Source of the DNA: Octopus vulgaris
Lineage: Eukaryota
Length of the DNA: 64,000 nucleotides
Reading direction: 5' to 3'
Assembly (NCBI GenBank): GCA_951406725.2
Contig: OX597819.1
Span: 86,118,001-86,182,000, forward strand
Made by a program: the position numbers and the translations under genes. How positions within the stretch are numbered: the first letter of the stretch is position 1; each line of letters starts with the position of its first letter. Of the stretch, positions 26,196 through 37,483 are shown piece by piece. Under the pieces are notes generated by a model. That model ran no database searches. It had not been told where the DNA came from and worked only from the letters and a program-made list of their open reading frames with translations.

Positions 26196-26453
26196 ATACC
26201 CATAATGACATACATAGAAAGGGCTGCACAATCAAATCGAATGATTTTTACATGAAATGCGATTGGGGACCTTTTAAAAATTCTAAATACATTATGTATA
26301 ATACGGATGATAATAGGACACAATAAGACATAAAAGATGGTGTGGAGGAGGGTTTATAACGGACACCACTAATCGTTGAGAGGACGTAGGTGTTGCCTTG
26401 GTGGAGGTTTGCGCTCCCTGAGTGTTCTTCTTCTTCTTCTTCTTCTTCCTCTT

Positions 26454-26510
<57 letters not shown>

Positions 26511-26513
<3 letters not shown>

Positions 26514-27681
26514 TAGTTTTATTTTTATAGCGTGCTTTCACTTCACTACCGAGCGCAGCTCTGTGTGCCTTGGGTATGTGCTGTGATTTGTTGTGATGCT
26601 CTGATGGTTATTGTATGTAAAGTGTTCTGCGTAGGATGTGTGCAGTGCCTAGTAGTGCAATTTTCTGTATGTTATATGTGTTTGTAAGTCCGGGTGTTTT
26701 TGTTATGTATTTGTCTGAATATTTTTTTATCATGCCTAATGCACCTACTATGATAGGAATTGTTTCTGTTTTCAGATTCCACATTCTAGTTACCTCTATT
26801 CCCAGGTCTTTGTATTTTGAGAGTTTCTCCATTTCTTTTAGAGACACGTTGTCATCTGCCGGTATTGATACATCAATTACAAAACATTTTTTTTCTTCAG
26901 GATCTCTGACAACTATATCTGGTCTGTTGGCCTTAATTTCTCTATCTGTGTGTATCGGCATATCCCAGAGTATGGTTGCTTTCTCGTTTTCTGTGACCTT
27001 TTCTGGTGTGTGCCTATACCATCTTTTTTCTGTTGTTATTCCATAATGTTGGCATAGCTTCCAATGTATGTAAGTTCCAACTCTGTCATGTCTGTGAATA
27101 TATTCCTTCTTAGCCAGGACTGGGCAGCTAGAGATAATATGATTTATTGTTTCTTGTCCATCTCCACATATTCTGCAGTTACTTGTAATATTTCTTTTCA
27201 TTACATGTTTTTGGTAATTTCTGGTGGGGAGACTTTGGTCTTGTGCTGCAATTAAAAATCCCTCTGTTTCTGCTTTGAGTCCTGAGCTTCTCAACCATTG
27301 CTGGGATTTTTCTTTGTCTATTTCTTTTGCGTTTAGTTTAGTCCAGTATTTACCATGAAGGGGCTTTTCTTGCCATCGTTTTATCATGGTTCGTTGCTGT
27401 TCTATTTTTAGTTTGGATTTCATTTGTTTTATAGCTTTTGTTGTTTCTTCATCTACTTCTTCTTCTTCATGTTTATTAGGTGGTATGATTTCTTGTTTGT
27501 ATTTGTCAGCTTCCTTAGATACTGAGAACAGTTTTTTGTTTTGCTCGTGTTTTGCCGCTATCTGGATCAGTTTTCCTTCCTTCTGAAGTAGATATTTTTG
27601 CAGTCCTATTGGTGGTTATTTTATAGTAGTTTTCCAGCTGTATAAGGCCTCTACCACCTTCTATACGTTGTATATATAGTC

Positions 27682-27683
<2 letters not shown>
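26511..27683 (-). mobile_element. 5'-truncated R4/Dong-clade LINE with restriction-like endonuclease
   Basis: 271-aa ORF with the CCHC-like motif CRICGDGQETINHIISSC, RHD, RPD..D and the VGALG C-terminus; (TTA)n on both sides. Confidence 0.9.
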
Positions 27684-27738
<55 letters not shown>

Positions 27739-27739
27739 T

Positions 27740-28122
27740 AGGCGACGAGCTGACACAATCGTTTGCACGCCAGGCGAAATGCTCAGCGGTATTTCATCTG
27801 CTGCTACATTCTGAGTTCAAATTCCGCCGAGGTCGACTTTGCCTTTCATCCTTTCGGGGTCAATAAATTAAGTACCAATTACGCACTAGGGTCGATATAA
27901 TCGACTTAATTCGTTTGTCCTCTCTGTGTTTAGCCCCTTGTGGGTAGTAAAGAAATAAGTATTTCGTCTGCCGCTACGTTCTGAGTTCAAGTTCCGCCGA
28001 GGTCGGCTTTGCTTCTAATCCTTTCGAGGTCGATTAAATTGACCAGTTTAGTATTGGGATCAATTTAATCGGTTTAACCCCTCTCCACAAATTTCAGACC
28101 TTATGCCTATAGTAGAAAGGGT

Positions 28123-28125
<3 letters not shown>
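27740..28125 (+). mobile_element. SINE with partial tandem duplication of its body, ending in (TAA)n
   Basis: Head ggcgacgagctgacacaatcg; the body ttctgagttcaa.ttccgccgaggtcg occurs twice (about 27810 and 27980). Confidence 0.75.
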
Positions 28126-28169
<44 letters not shown>

Positions 28170-28179
28170 TTATAAGGAC

Positions 28180-28223
<44 letters not shown>

Positions 28224-28255
28224 TGATGATGATAATAATGATAATAATAATAATA

Positions 28256-28300
<45 letters not shown>

Positions 28301-28303
28301 TAT

Positions 28304-29640
28304 TGCTTTTGCAGAGCTTCTAACGCTGGAGATGTACTAGAGTGCCAGCTGTTCGCAACCAGTGAATTTGGGTAATATACCTTATTTTTCCGGAGTATTC
28401 GACCGGTTCAAAGCAGTACTGTTTTCTGCAAGTGTTCACCCTTATTGCAGCCCCTGTTTGTTCCATGTTCTTCTAAAGATTTTTACTCACAATTCCCAGG
28501 GCTCCAACAATTATTGGTACTGCTGCCACTTTTTTCATCGACCACAACTGCTTAACCGGCCCCGCTAACCTGTCATATCTATCGACTTTTCTTTCTTCCT
28601 TATCGCAAATCTTGTTGTCAGTTGGGCATGCTATATTTATGATCCAGCATTCTTTGCCTTCTTTCTCAATTTACACAATGTCTGGTTTCCTATTCTCTAT
28701 CTCATGGTTGCACTGAATTATAAAATCCCATAGGATCTTTGCATTATCATTTTCGATGATGCACTCGGGTTTATGTTAGTACCACGTTTTTGCTTTGTCA
28801 AGTCCATACTTGTTGCAAAGTGTCCAATGGACAAGCCTGGCTATATTGTCGTGGCGTCTTTTATATTCTCCCTGGGCTAGTGGCGTACATTGACTGGTAA
28901 TATGCCATAACGTTTCACCATTTTGTCCACAAATTCTGCACTTGTCACTTTCTGATGTGTTGTCTATTCTGTATTTGATGTAAATCGTTTATAGTGCTTG
29001 CTCTTGGGTAGCACAGATTAAATAACCCGTTTCCGGTTTTTAAATCACTTTTAGTCATCTATAGCCATCTTTTTTCTCTGGCTGTTTTATCGTCAACATT
29101 CTTATGAAAAGTCCATGCATTATTTTCTTTATCCACCTATTTTCAGTTTCATTCATTCTCAAGTGTTCGTGCAGGGCATTATCTTTGCAATATATCTTAC
29201 ACATGCTTGACCTTCTTACTTTCAATGATAGCAGGTCTGTGGCATTTTTATATACCATGCTACGTTATTTTCTTCTGCTCTAATGCTGTGTTCGCATCCA
29301 ATAAGTCCTCTTCCCCCTCTTTTTCTTGGTACATACAGTCTGTCTGTATCACGCTTTGGGTGGAGTATCCCATATCTAGTCAGCAACTTACTTTTCTTTC
29401 TGTTTAGTTCGTCTACTGTTCATGTGATTACCCCTGCGCCATATCTAAGGAGTGAAATCGCCCAGGTATTGATTGCTTCAATCTTATTCCGTCCGGTTAA
29501 TTTCGACTTAAGGATCAGTCTTAGTCTGCGCATGTACTCTACCTTAAACTTTTCTTTCATTTCTTTGTCCATCAATTTATCCATTTCCAATATCCCCAAG
29601 TAATTGTAGCCTGTCTCTTCTATTTATCTTTATCTTTTAT
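28304..29640 (-). mobile_element. Degraded R4/Dong-clade LINE (RT end plus RLE)
   Basis: Minus-strand fragments YNYLGILE, NKIEAINTWAISLLRYGAG, HDNIARLVHWTLC, ILWDFIIQ..RKPDIV and VPIIVGALG; (TAA)n tail. Confidence 0.8.
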
Positions 29641-29814
29641 CTTTTACTTGTTTCAGTCTACCAAATCCATTCACAACGCTTTGGTCGGCCCGAGGCTATA
29701 GTAGAAGACATTTGCCCCAAGTGACAAGCAGGAGCACTGAAACCGGAATCATGTGGTGGGAAATCAAGCTTCTTACAACACACCCCACCTATGCATATTT
29801 ATAGAGACACCTAC

Positions 29815-29904
29815 CTTTTTCCATCGAAGATATTTGTCACTCGTTCGTCGCCAATACACATTGTAGCCTATTCCTTTGCCACCTTGTTCAGTGGGTAAGA
29901 GAGC
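29815..29904 (-). CDS. CNTN: Contactin-like exon (middle of FN3 repeat 2); absent from the ORF track
   Basis: Acceptor tttttctttttcag| and donor |gtaggt; 90 nt, phase 0 to 0. Encodes ALLPTEQGGKGIGYNVYWRRTSDKYLRWKK. Confidence 0.9.
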
Positions 29905-29966
29905 CTGAAAAAGAAAAATTCTTTGTCATTGCGGAATAGAAAATTTACCTTTTTGTTCTGCTAATA

Positions 29967-31224
29967 CAACGTGTTCAAAAAGTCTCTCCGCAGTGAATAT
30001 TTTTCCTCCTGCGCAAGCGTAACTGGGCTATCACTGCGTGGGCAGCCTGGTGTCTGCTATTGTCCCTCAGTCATTGTGTACCCTTCAGCGGGTCGACATG
30101 CTAACCATTGAAGAATGTACGTTTTTAGTTGAATGGGTGTTTCGAGCTGGGAACAAATACACACATACTGTGAAATAGAAGTTCAGTGAAACTTTTCCAA
30201 ATACGTGTCACTGTGCGCGATTTGATTAGAAAATTTAGAAACATAGGCTCAGTGGAAGACGCAGAAAGAAGTGGTAGTCCTACTGTTCTTTCAGACGAAA
30301 CACTCTCCAATATTTCCAATAAGCCTGTCACCGTCCGTACGCAAACTGTCACAGGAAACGAATATCAGCCTAGGAAGTGCTTACATGGCAGTAAAAAAGA
30401 AATTGAATTTCTTTCCGTACAAAGTACTGGCCATTCAAGAATTGAAGACTACAGATCATGCTAAAAGGCTTCATTATTGTCATTTGTTCCAAAACTTTGT
30501 TGCCGAAAAAGGCATAGAAGTACTGGATTGGATAGGTATTTTACACCAATGAGGCTTGGTTTCATCTGTCGGGGCACATAAATTCGCAAAACACAAGGTT
30601 ATGGAGCACTGAGAATCCACACGCGACGCATGAGCAACCTTTGCATCCCGAAAAAGTTGGAGTATGGATAGCAATTTCGAGAAAGTGTATTGTGGGACTG
30701 ATATTTTTTGAAGACACCATCAACACCGAAAGATATTGCTCGAATATTGTCTATCCATTTGTAGGCCAACTCACTGAAAGTGAAAATATTAATGCATACT
30801 TTCAGCAAGATGGAGCTACAGCACATACTTCACGCATTACCATGGTGCTACTTCAAGAGCTTTTAAGTGAACTGATTATTTCGAAGGGACTTTGGCCACC
30901 AAGATCACCTGATTTAACACCGCCAGACTTTTTTTTCTTGGGAGCACGTAAAGGATCAGTGTACAAGAATCGCCCGAAAACCATTAATGAGCTAGAAGAC
31001 GCAATCGTAACCTTCACACGATCCATACTGCGTCAAACTCTCCAAGATGTATTTCAGGACATGTGTAGAAGAGTCAACTTATGCATTGAAAATGAAAGAC
31101 GACACTTTCAAGTTTTTTTAAAGTCTTGTAAAGTCTAATATATTCTTTTGTAGTCCTATACCATCTTATAAATATTTATTTTGCAATAAAATACTTACAG
31201 CGGAGAGGCTTTTTGAACACCCTG
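29967..31224 (+). mobile_element. Full-length mariner-like DNA transposon (rosa-like), frameshifted
   Basis: 28-bp imperfect TIRs (CAACGTGTTCAAAAAGTCTCTCCGCAGT) with TA on both flanks; transposase motifs QQDGATAHT and WPPRSPDLTPPD across several frames. Confidence 0.88.
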
Positions 31225-33195
31225 TACATATTACAGAAATTTTATTCATGTTACCTGACAGATTGTTTAATATATTCTTGTATTTTTAAAATTGTTTTAC
31301 GTCTTTCAGTCATTTGACTGCAGCCATGCTGGAGCACCACCATAAAGGGTTTTAGTCGAAAAAATCGACCCCAAGACTTATTCTTTCTAATCCTAATACT
31401 TATTTTATTGGTCTCTTAGGGCTAAACCGCTAAGTTACGAGTATGTAAACACACATGCCATCACATGGAATCCAGACATGTGTACCACGAGTAGGCATTG
31501 CCAGTAATGTACATATGCCTATATTAAATGCAGTTCCTGACAAACAATTTTGCATTTACTGCCAAAAGAGGGAAAAATTAAATCTAATCTATTCTAAAAC
31601 TACCCATTGTATATTACTATGTTGACAAAAGATATTCGAAAAGGACCTCTTTTCCCCACCCCCTTTCTGCCTGACGCAAACAATCTATAGGCAGCATCCT
31701 ACATAAAAGTGAAGTTGGAGACAAATTCTATGGGAAGATATGTACGTGTGTTCTTCTCTCGTCTAGACCACCTCAAGTTGTAAACATTAGATGATAAAGC
31801 GCTAGAAACACCAAAGGTGTGATACTGGTGTACTAAAGGAACTGATATGAGATTGGAGTTAGTAAATATGTACTATGTCAAATCTGCTGACGGGAAATCG
31901 ATTAATAACACTAACGTCAAAGTTAGATATAGAATTATAAATAATTGAAATAGACTGAACACAAACTTATAAGGAAGAATGGTCGTATATAAAAGGACAA
32001 AATACAAAAAAAAAATACCTTATAAATCAAATTTACAAATAAATGGAAAATAAAGAAACAAAACGTACAAAACTTCTGATACTATGACAGAAAATGACTT
32101 CCAAAAGATGTGCTATTATGTTTGTACTCACGTCACGGAAGTGCGACGCCGCAGAAATTCTTAAAAAACAAACAAATGAAATGTAATATATTATTTTCAA
32201 TGTAATCTTAAATGACATCGCTAGTCTCTAGATCAATGAAATGCGAAAATTCCTTTTTATCGTATTTTATCCGTAATAAGTATTTCATTGATCCGGAATC
32301 AAGGAATATATTTGGTAAAAACTTCTGACCTCAACATACACCTAGACTTTATTTTTGCGTATTTATGAACCCCGAAAAATATCCCTTCAACATTTATATA
32401 TTCTATTGTTAGACGAATCGAAACAATGTTTTCTCAATATATTAGGATGTGTAAGATGAAAATGTGAAATATAAATTCCTTTAAATTTCATTTGAACTTG
32501 AACAACCATACATGCAATAAATTTTGGAAGTTTTTCATCTCTAAAAAATTGCTTCGTATTGTTAATTGGGATTCATCTCTAACACTCCAGAGTTCATAGT
32601 TTCGGGTTCTATATCAATATTTTAGTAAACATATTCAGAATGACCAACGGATAAATGCCAAGCCAGCTTGTGCCATACAGTTAACAAATAAAATTAAATA
32701 TTTTGTTTATATTCAACATTATTTATTTGGTATAGAAACATAAAGTTGTTTTAAATAGAAATAGACGCAGTTTTTAAGTTTCAACTCCAAACATAAAATT
32801 TATAAGTAGTAGCAAACGAATAGCTCTTGGCGGTTTTCTTTTAGTTTATATTTTCGTATTTTTATATACGTTGAACAACAGTCTCCAGCGTGTCTTTTTC
32901 TCACGAGCTTAACTTAGCTTCTATTTATAACAGCTTGAGTTTCTGGATTTTGTAAATGTTTTTTTTTATGCTTTACTAATGGAAGGTGAGATGTGTGATA
33001 TCACACATCTATCTAACCATCAATCTACGCACACATACACACAGACATTCACAAACAAACGCACGCGCGCATATATATGTGTATGTGTGTGTGTCAGTAT
33101 ATATAGGAGGGGCGTATGAAAAGTTCTGAGCCTTGAAGTCTCAAAGGCCTTGAAGTCTTGTACTATGTTTTGCTTTTTAGACGCTCGATTTTTCA

Positions 33196-33262
<67 letters not shown>

Positions 33263-33305
33263 AAATTCAAAATGCGATAAAATAAAATAAATTATTTTCG
33301 CTGGT

Positions 33306-33344
<39 letters not shown>

Positions 33345-33391
33345 TATGTAAATAAATGGAGTTGAACGAAGGTGTTATTCAAATTCTTTTA

Positions 33392-33475
33392 CTTTCGACA
33401 TGTTTCGAAGACAACATTGGTTATATTCCAAAGGAATAAACGGTGTAAAATAATGTAATCTTCTCATCAGGAAAG
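33392..33475 (-). ncRNA. Type I hammerhead ribozyme, copy B (canonical core, palindromic ACATGT stem III)
   Basis: Minus strand: CTTTC-CTGATGA-GAAGA..TCTTC-GAAAC-AT-GTC|GAAAG. All core nucleotides and the GUC site are present. Confidence 0.82.
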
Positions 33476-33902
33476 AAAGAGAACCTATCTCAACAAAAAT
33501 ACATTATAACAATTTTGATGACTGCATAAATGATAAACAGAACGCTATTAAGTATTTTTGGTCTTATTACTGATCCCGAAAGGATAAAAGGCAAAGTCAG
33601 CCTCGGTGGCATTTGAACTTGGAACTTAAAGTCGGAAGAAATGCGGCTAAGTATTGTGTTTGGCGTGCTAACGTTCCTGTCAGCTCGGTCCCTTCGACGG
33701 GCCCAGAGATAATGATGCTTGTATATGACCATCTAATATGCCAGAAGTAGCAGCTAAACATCCCTCCAATCACGCGTTACCGTCTAAAAATATGAATGTG
33801 GCATGAATCCAGGATAAGGTAGTCCTTTTAAGCATTATACCTGATACAAGTACAAGAGGATCACGGTTTAGACGTCTTGACCAGATATGACCTGGAGCTA
33901 CA

Positions 33903-33959
33903 ACTCCTCCTCCTCCTCCTCCTCCACCACCACCACCACCACCACCGACGCCGACGCCG

Positions 33960-34055
<96 letters not shown>
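33903..34055. repeat. Compound trinucleotide array (CTC)n(CAC)n(CGA/CGC)(TAC)n(TGC)n
   Basis: Read directly from the sequence. Confidence 0.95.
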
Positions 34056-34281
34056 ACATTAAAAAATTACACGCAATGAACAAAAAATTGTATATGATTT
34101 ATTCTATGATTGTATTAAATATTTTAAATGTTATTTCTTTTATGTTTAAAGTTGTTGGTGTATAGCCCCAGGTCAGCTTTGATCGAGCAGACAAACATGT
34201 TAACTCATCCAAAGAATTGGTCATTGAAAGGTCAGCGATTTCAGTAAAATTACCCACTACCCTTTTCAAATACTATTGATT

Positions 34282-34640
34282 TTCTTTTACTTGTTTCAGT
34301 CATAGAAGTGCGGGCCATGCTGGAGCACCGCCTTGAAGGGTTTCATTAAACAAGTCGACCATAGTATGGTTCTTAGTCTCTTCTACTGAACTGCAAAATT
34401 ACGGAGACGTAAACAAACCAAAACCAGTTGTCAAAGGGTGGTGGGGGACAAACACACACACACACACACACACACGTATACGATGGGCTTCCACACAATT
34501 TCCGTTTCCCAAATTCACTCAGCAGGCATTGGTCGACCCGGGGCTATAGTAGAAGACACACGTCCTATGTAGATACAGCGCTGTGTGACTAAACCCGAAA
34601 GAGCATGGTTACAAAGTGAGCTTCTTAACTACATTGCAAT
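34282..34640 (-). mobile_element. Near-complete tRNA-SINE with internal (CA)n
   Basis: The head near 34640 resembles the 4286-4436 copy; the tail ttttacttgtttcagtcat..ccatgctggagcaccgcc is also present at about 17670 and 31300. Confidence 0.7.
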
Positions 34641-35059
34641 GCTTGCGCCGAAGTAGATCTCGGCGTGATTTGAAATCAGAATGTGAAGAGCTCCATGAAA
34701 TAAATGCTTCTAAGCATTTTGTACAATTTGCAAACGCTTCTGTCGGCTCATCCATTTTTGCAAAGTTAATAAAAATTTCGATACATCCTTTATACACTTA
34801 GTGACTAATAATAAGTAGAGAACAAATAAAGGAGAAACATAGAGGGATATATTGGTTGAAAAAATGTTCAAAGGCTTAGAAGTAGATTCCTCTACTGAAG
34901 TAAAGTGCAAGGTGAACTAAATGTTCAAGCTATACAGACTGGTAAAAATCACTTATATGAGCTAAAGGTGCTTACATTTGTAAGATCACTCTATAAGTGT
35001 GTTAACAAGGTGATTCTTAGAGAAGAGAATATGGAAGAGTTCAGAGTTGCAAATGTTAC

Positions 35060-35880
35060 AAAATCATTTGCCCTTGTCATAAGGGAAAGAGATGGAGAGG
35101 ATGAACCAATCTAACTTAAAATACAATAAGGATTTTAAGTTAGATTGGTTCATCCTAGATATCTCCCCTGTGTATGTGATGTTCATGTCTTCACAAGCAC
35201 CTTCTATGCATCTTATGCTGTAAACTACATTCCTAGTTCTACAGTTAATTCCAGGGCTAATCCTACATACCATGCAGTTATCATTGGTGCATATGGTATT
35301 CTCAAAGTGGTACGTCGTACATAGTTGTGATCTGACGGATTTCCCTGGCTTTTCAACAATCTTAATGTTGAGTTTGGTCTCATTCAGAGGTTTCCTAAAT
35401 CTACGGGTTAGTTCTCTATGGGCTGTGGCCTGTCAGTTTTATACCACGTGTTCACCTTGTTTCCTTTGTTACAAGTTCTTTGTATCCTATTCCAGTCTTT
35501 GTTTCAATATTTAGGGCAGGTACCACTGGTATCATTGCATATAATGTTAGCTAATTTCTTTCTAGCTTTCCCCTCACCCGTATACTCGAACCCTATCTTT
35601 CTGATCATATCCAGAGAATTGCATACGGTGCATGAAGTTCTGTACGTGTTTTTTCGTTTCATAGTAGGGACACGTTGTTCATTATCCTAGCTAAATCTAC
35701 TATCAGTATGTTAATTTTCATGTTGTGTGACAAAGCTGAGTTCTTGTGAAAAACATATTTTGAAGCTATAGGTTTCATGTAATAGGAGTGGAGGAACTGC
35801 ACTCTATTGTTCACAGTTTCTAACCAAAGTTCAGTATCAAGGACGGGGTGTCTATTGTTGTGGGGCTTAAACAAACATTA
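35060..35880 (-). mobile_element. Penelope-like element remnant (RT thumb plus GIY-YIG)
   Basis: HSYYMKPIASKYVFHKNSALS and CRTRNVVYSIRC...YTGEISR. Confidence 0.75.
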
Positions 35881-36295
35881 TTGCAAATTGTAAAGAGCAG
35901 AAACAATATAGAGAATCAAATAATACTTCTTAATGTTTCATGTTTAAAGTGATTTCGTTTGGAGTATATTATCTTGCAACAATATAAGAAGTTCAAATGC
36001 TGGAAGTTTCAGTAGTCTTCCTTATATAAATTGAAAACCATTTATCCACAGTTAGCGTTATTCATATGACTAGCACCAAATTCCAAAGTATGAAAAATAA
36101 GGTATATGATGATTGTAGTTTTCAATAAGCACTTATATAAAGAATGAAAAAAATTCCATAAAGTGGTAAAGTTTAAAATGGAATCTTTACATGAGTGGAG
36201 AATGCCCCATGAGACTGAGAATACTTGTGTTTTGTTTCTGAGATTAAGCTTTCAAGTAGGTTGGGTATTATTTATGAGTGCACATAAACGATGTA

Positions 36296-36721
36296 CCGTA
36301 TTTGACGGCATATTAGACGCACTGGCATATTAGACTCACCCTTATTTCAGCAGGTCAAATTCAGGAAAAAAGTTTTAAGTGTATTTAAGCATATATTGTT
36401 GAGAGCAGTCTAGCAGTACATTACAAAAGCAGAAAACATTGCTGTATAAAAGCAAGCACACAAAAGGAAAGCATACAAATTACAATAGTAATCATCTTTA
36501 ATCATCTTTTTAACCAGAAAACTCTTCATCATCTTCTACACCAGAAAAGTCTTCATCATCTTCAAAACAAGGAACAACTTCATCACTACTGCTGAAATCA
36601 CTGTCTTCAAATAATGCATCATCTTCTGTGCCATCAAGGGCATTGCTAATGCCACACTTCTTAAAAGCCTTCACAATGATTTCAGGCCTAACATCATCCC
36701 AAGATTTCTTCACCCACTCAC
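36296..36721 (-). mobile_element. pogo/Tigger-type transposon 3' end
   Basis: [33 protein letters not shown] plus an acidic tail; TIR-like TA|CCGTATTTGACGGCATATTAGACGCAC; broken by a (TA)n tract. Confidence 0.8.
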
Positions 36722-36938
<217 letters not shown>

Positions 36939-36990
36939 ACTATATATAAATATATATATAAATATATATATATATATAACTATATATAAA

Positions 36991-37342
36991 GGGTAAAGAC
37001 CCCCTTCGGTCATGAATGACCATGGGATTGCACCTAGAAAGTTACCCTCCTAGACACAAGTCCGGGCAAGGTTGTTTATGGAAGACCAGCAGTCGCCCAT
37101 GCATACCAGCCTCCCCTCTCCACGCCACCAGTGTTATCCAAGGGAAAGACAAAGGTCGATATAGCTTGGCACCTGTGACGTCGCAACTCATTTCTACAGC
37201 TGAGTGAACTGGAGCAACGTGAAAATAAAGTGCTTTGCTCAAGAACACAACACGCAGCCCGGACCAGGATTCGAGCTCACATCCTCACGATCGTAAGCTC
37301 GACGCTCTAGCCACTGAGCCATGCGCCTTCACGGCTAGAGAT
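36991..37342 (-). mobile_element. tRNA-derived SINE inside a (TA)n tract
   Basis: A-box TGGCTCAGTGG and B-box-like GCTCGAATCC; TATAACTATATATAAA at 36975-36990 and 37343-37358 may be a TSD. Confidence 0.8.
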
Positions 37343-37348
37343 TATAAC

Positions 37349-37380
<32 letters not shown>

Positions 37381-37396
37381 AATATATATATATAAC

Positions 37397-37480
<84 letters not shown>

Positions 37481-37483
<3 letters not shown>

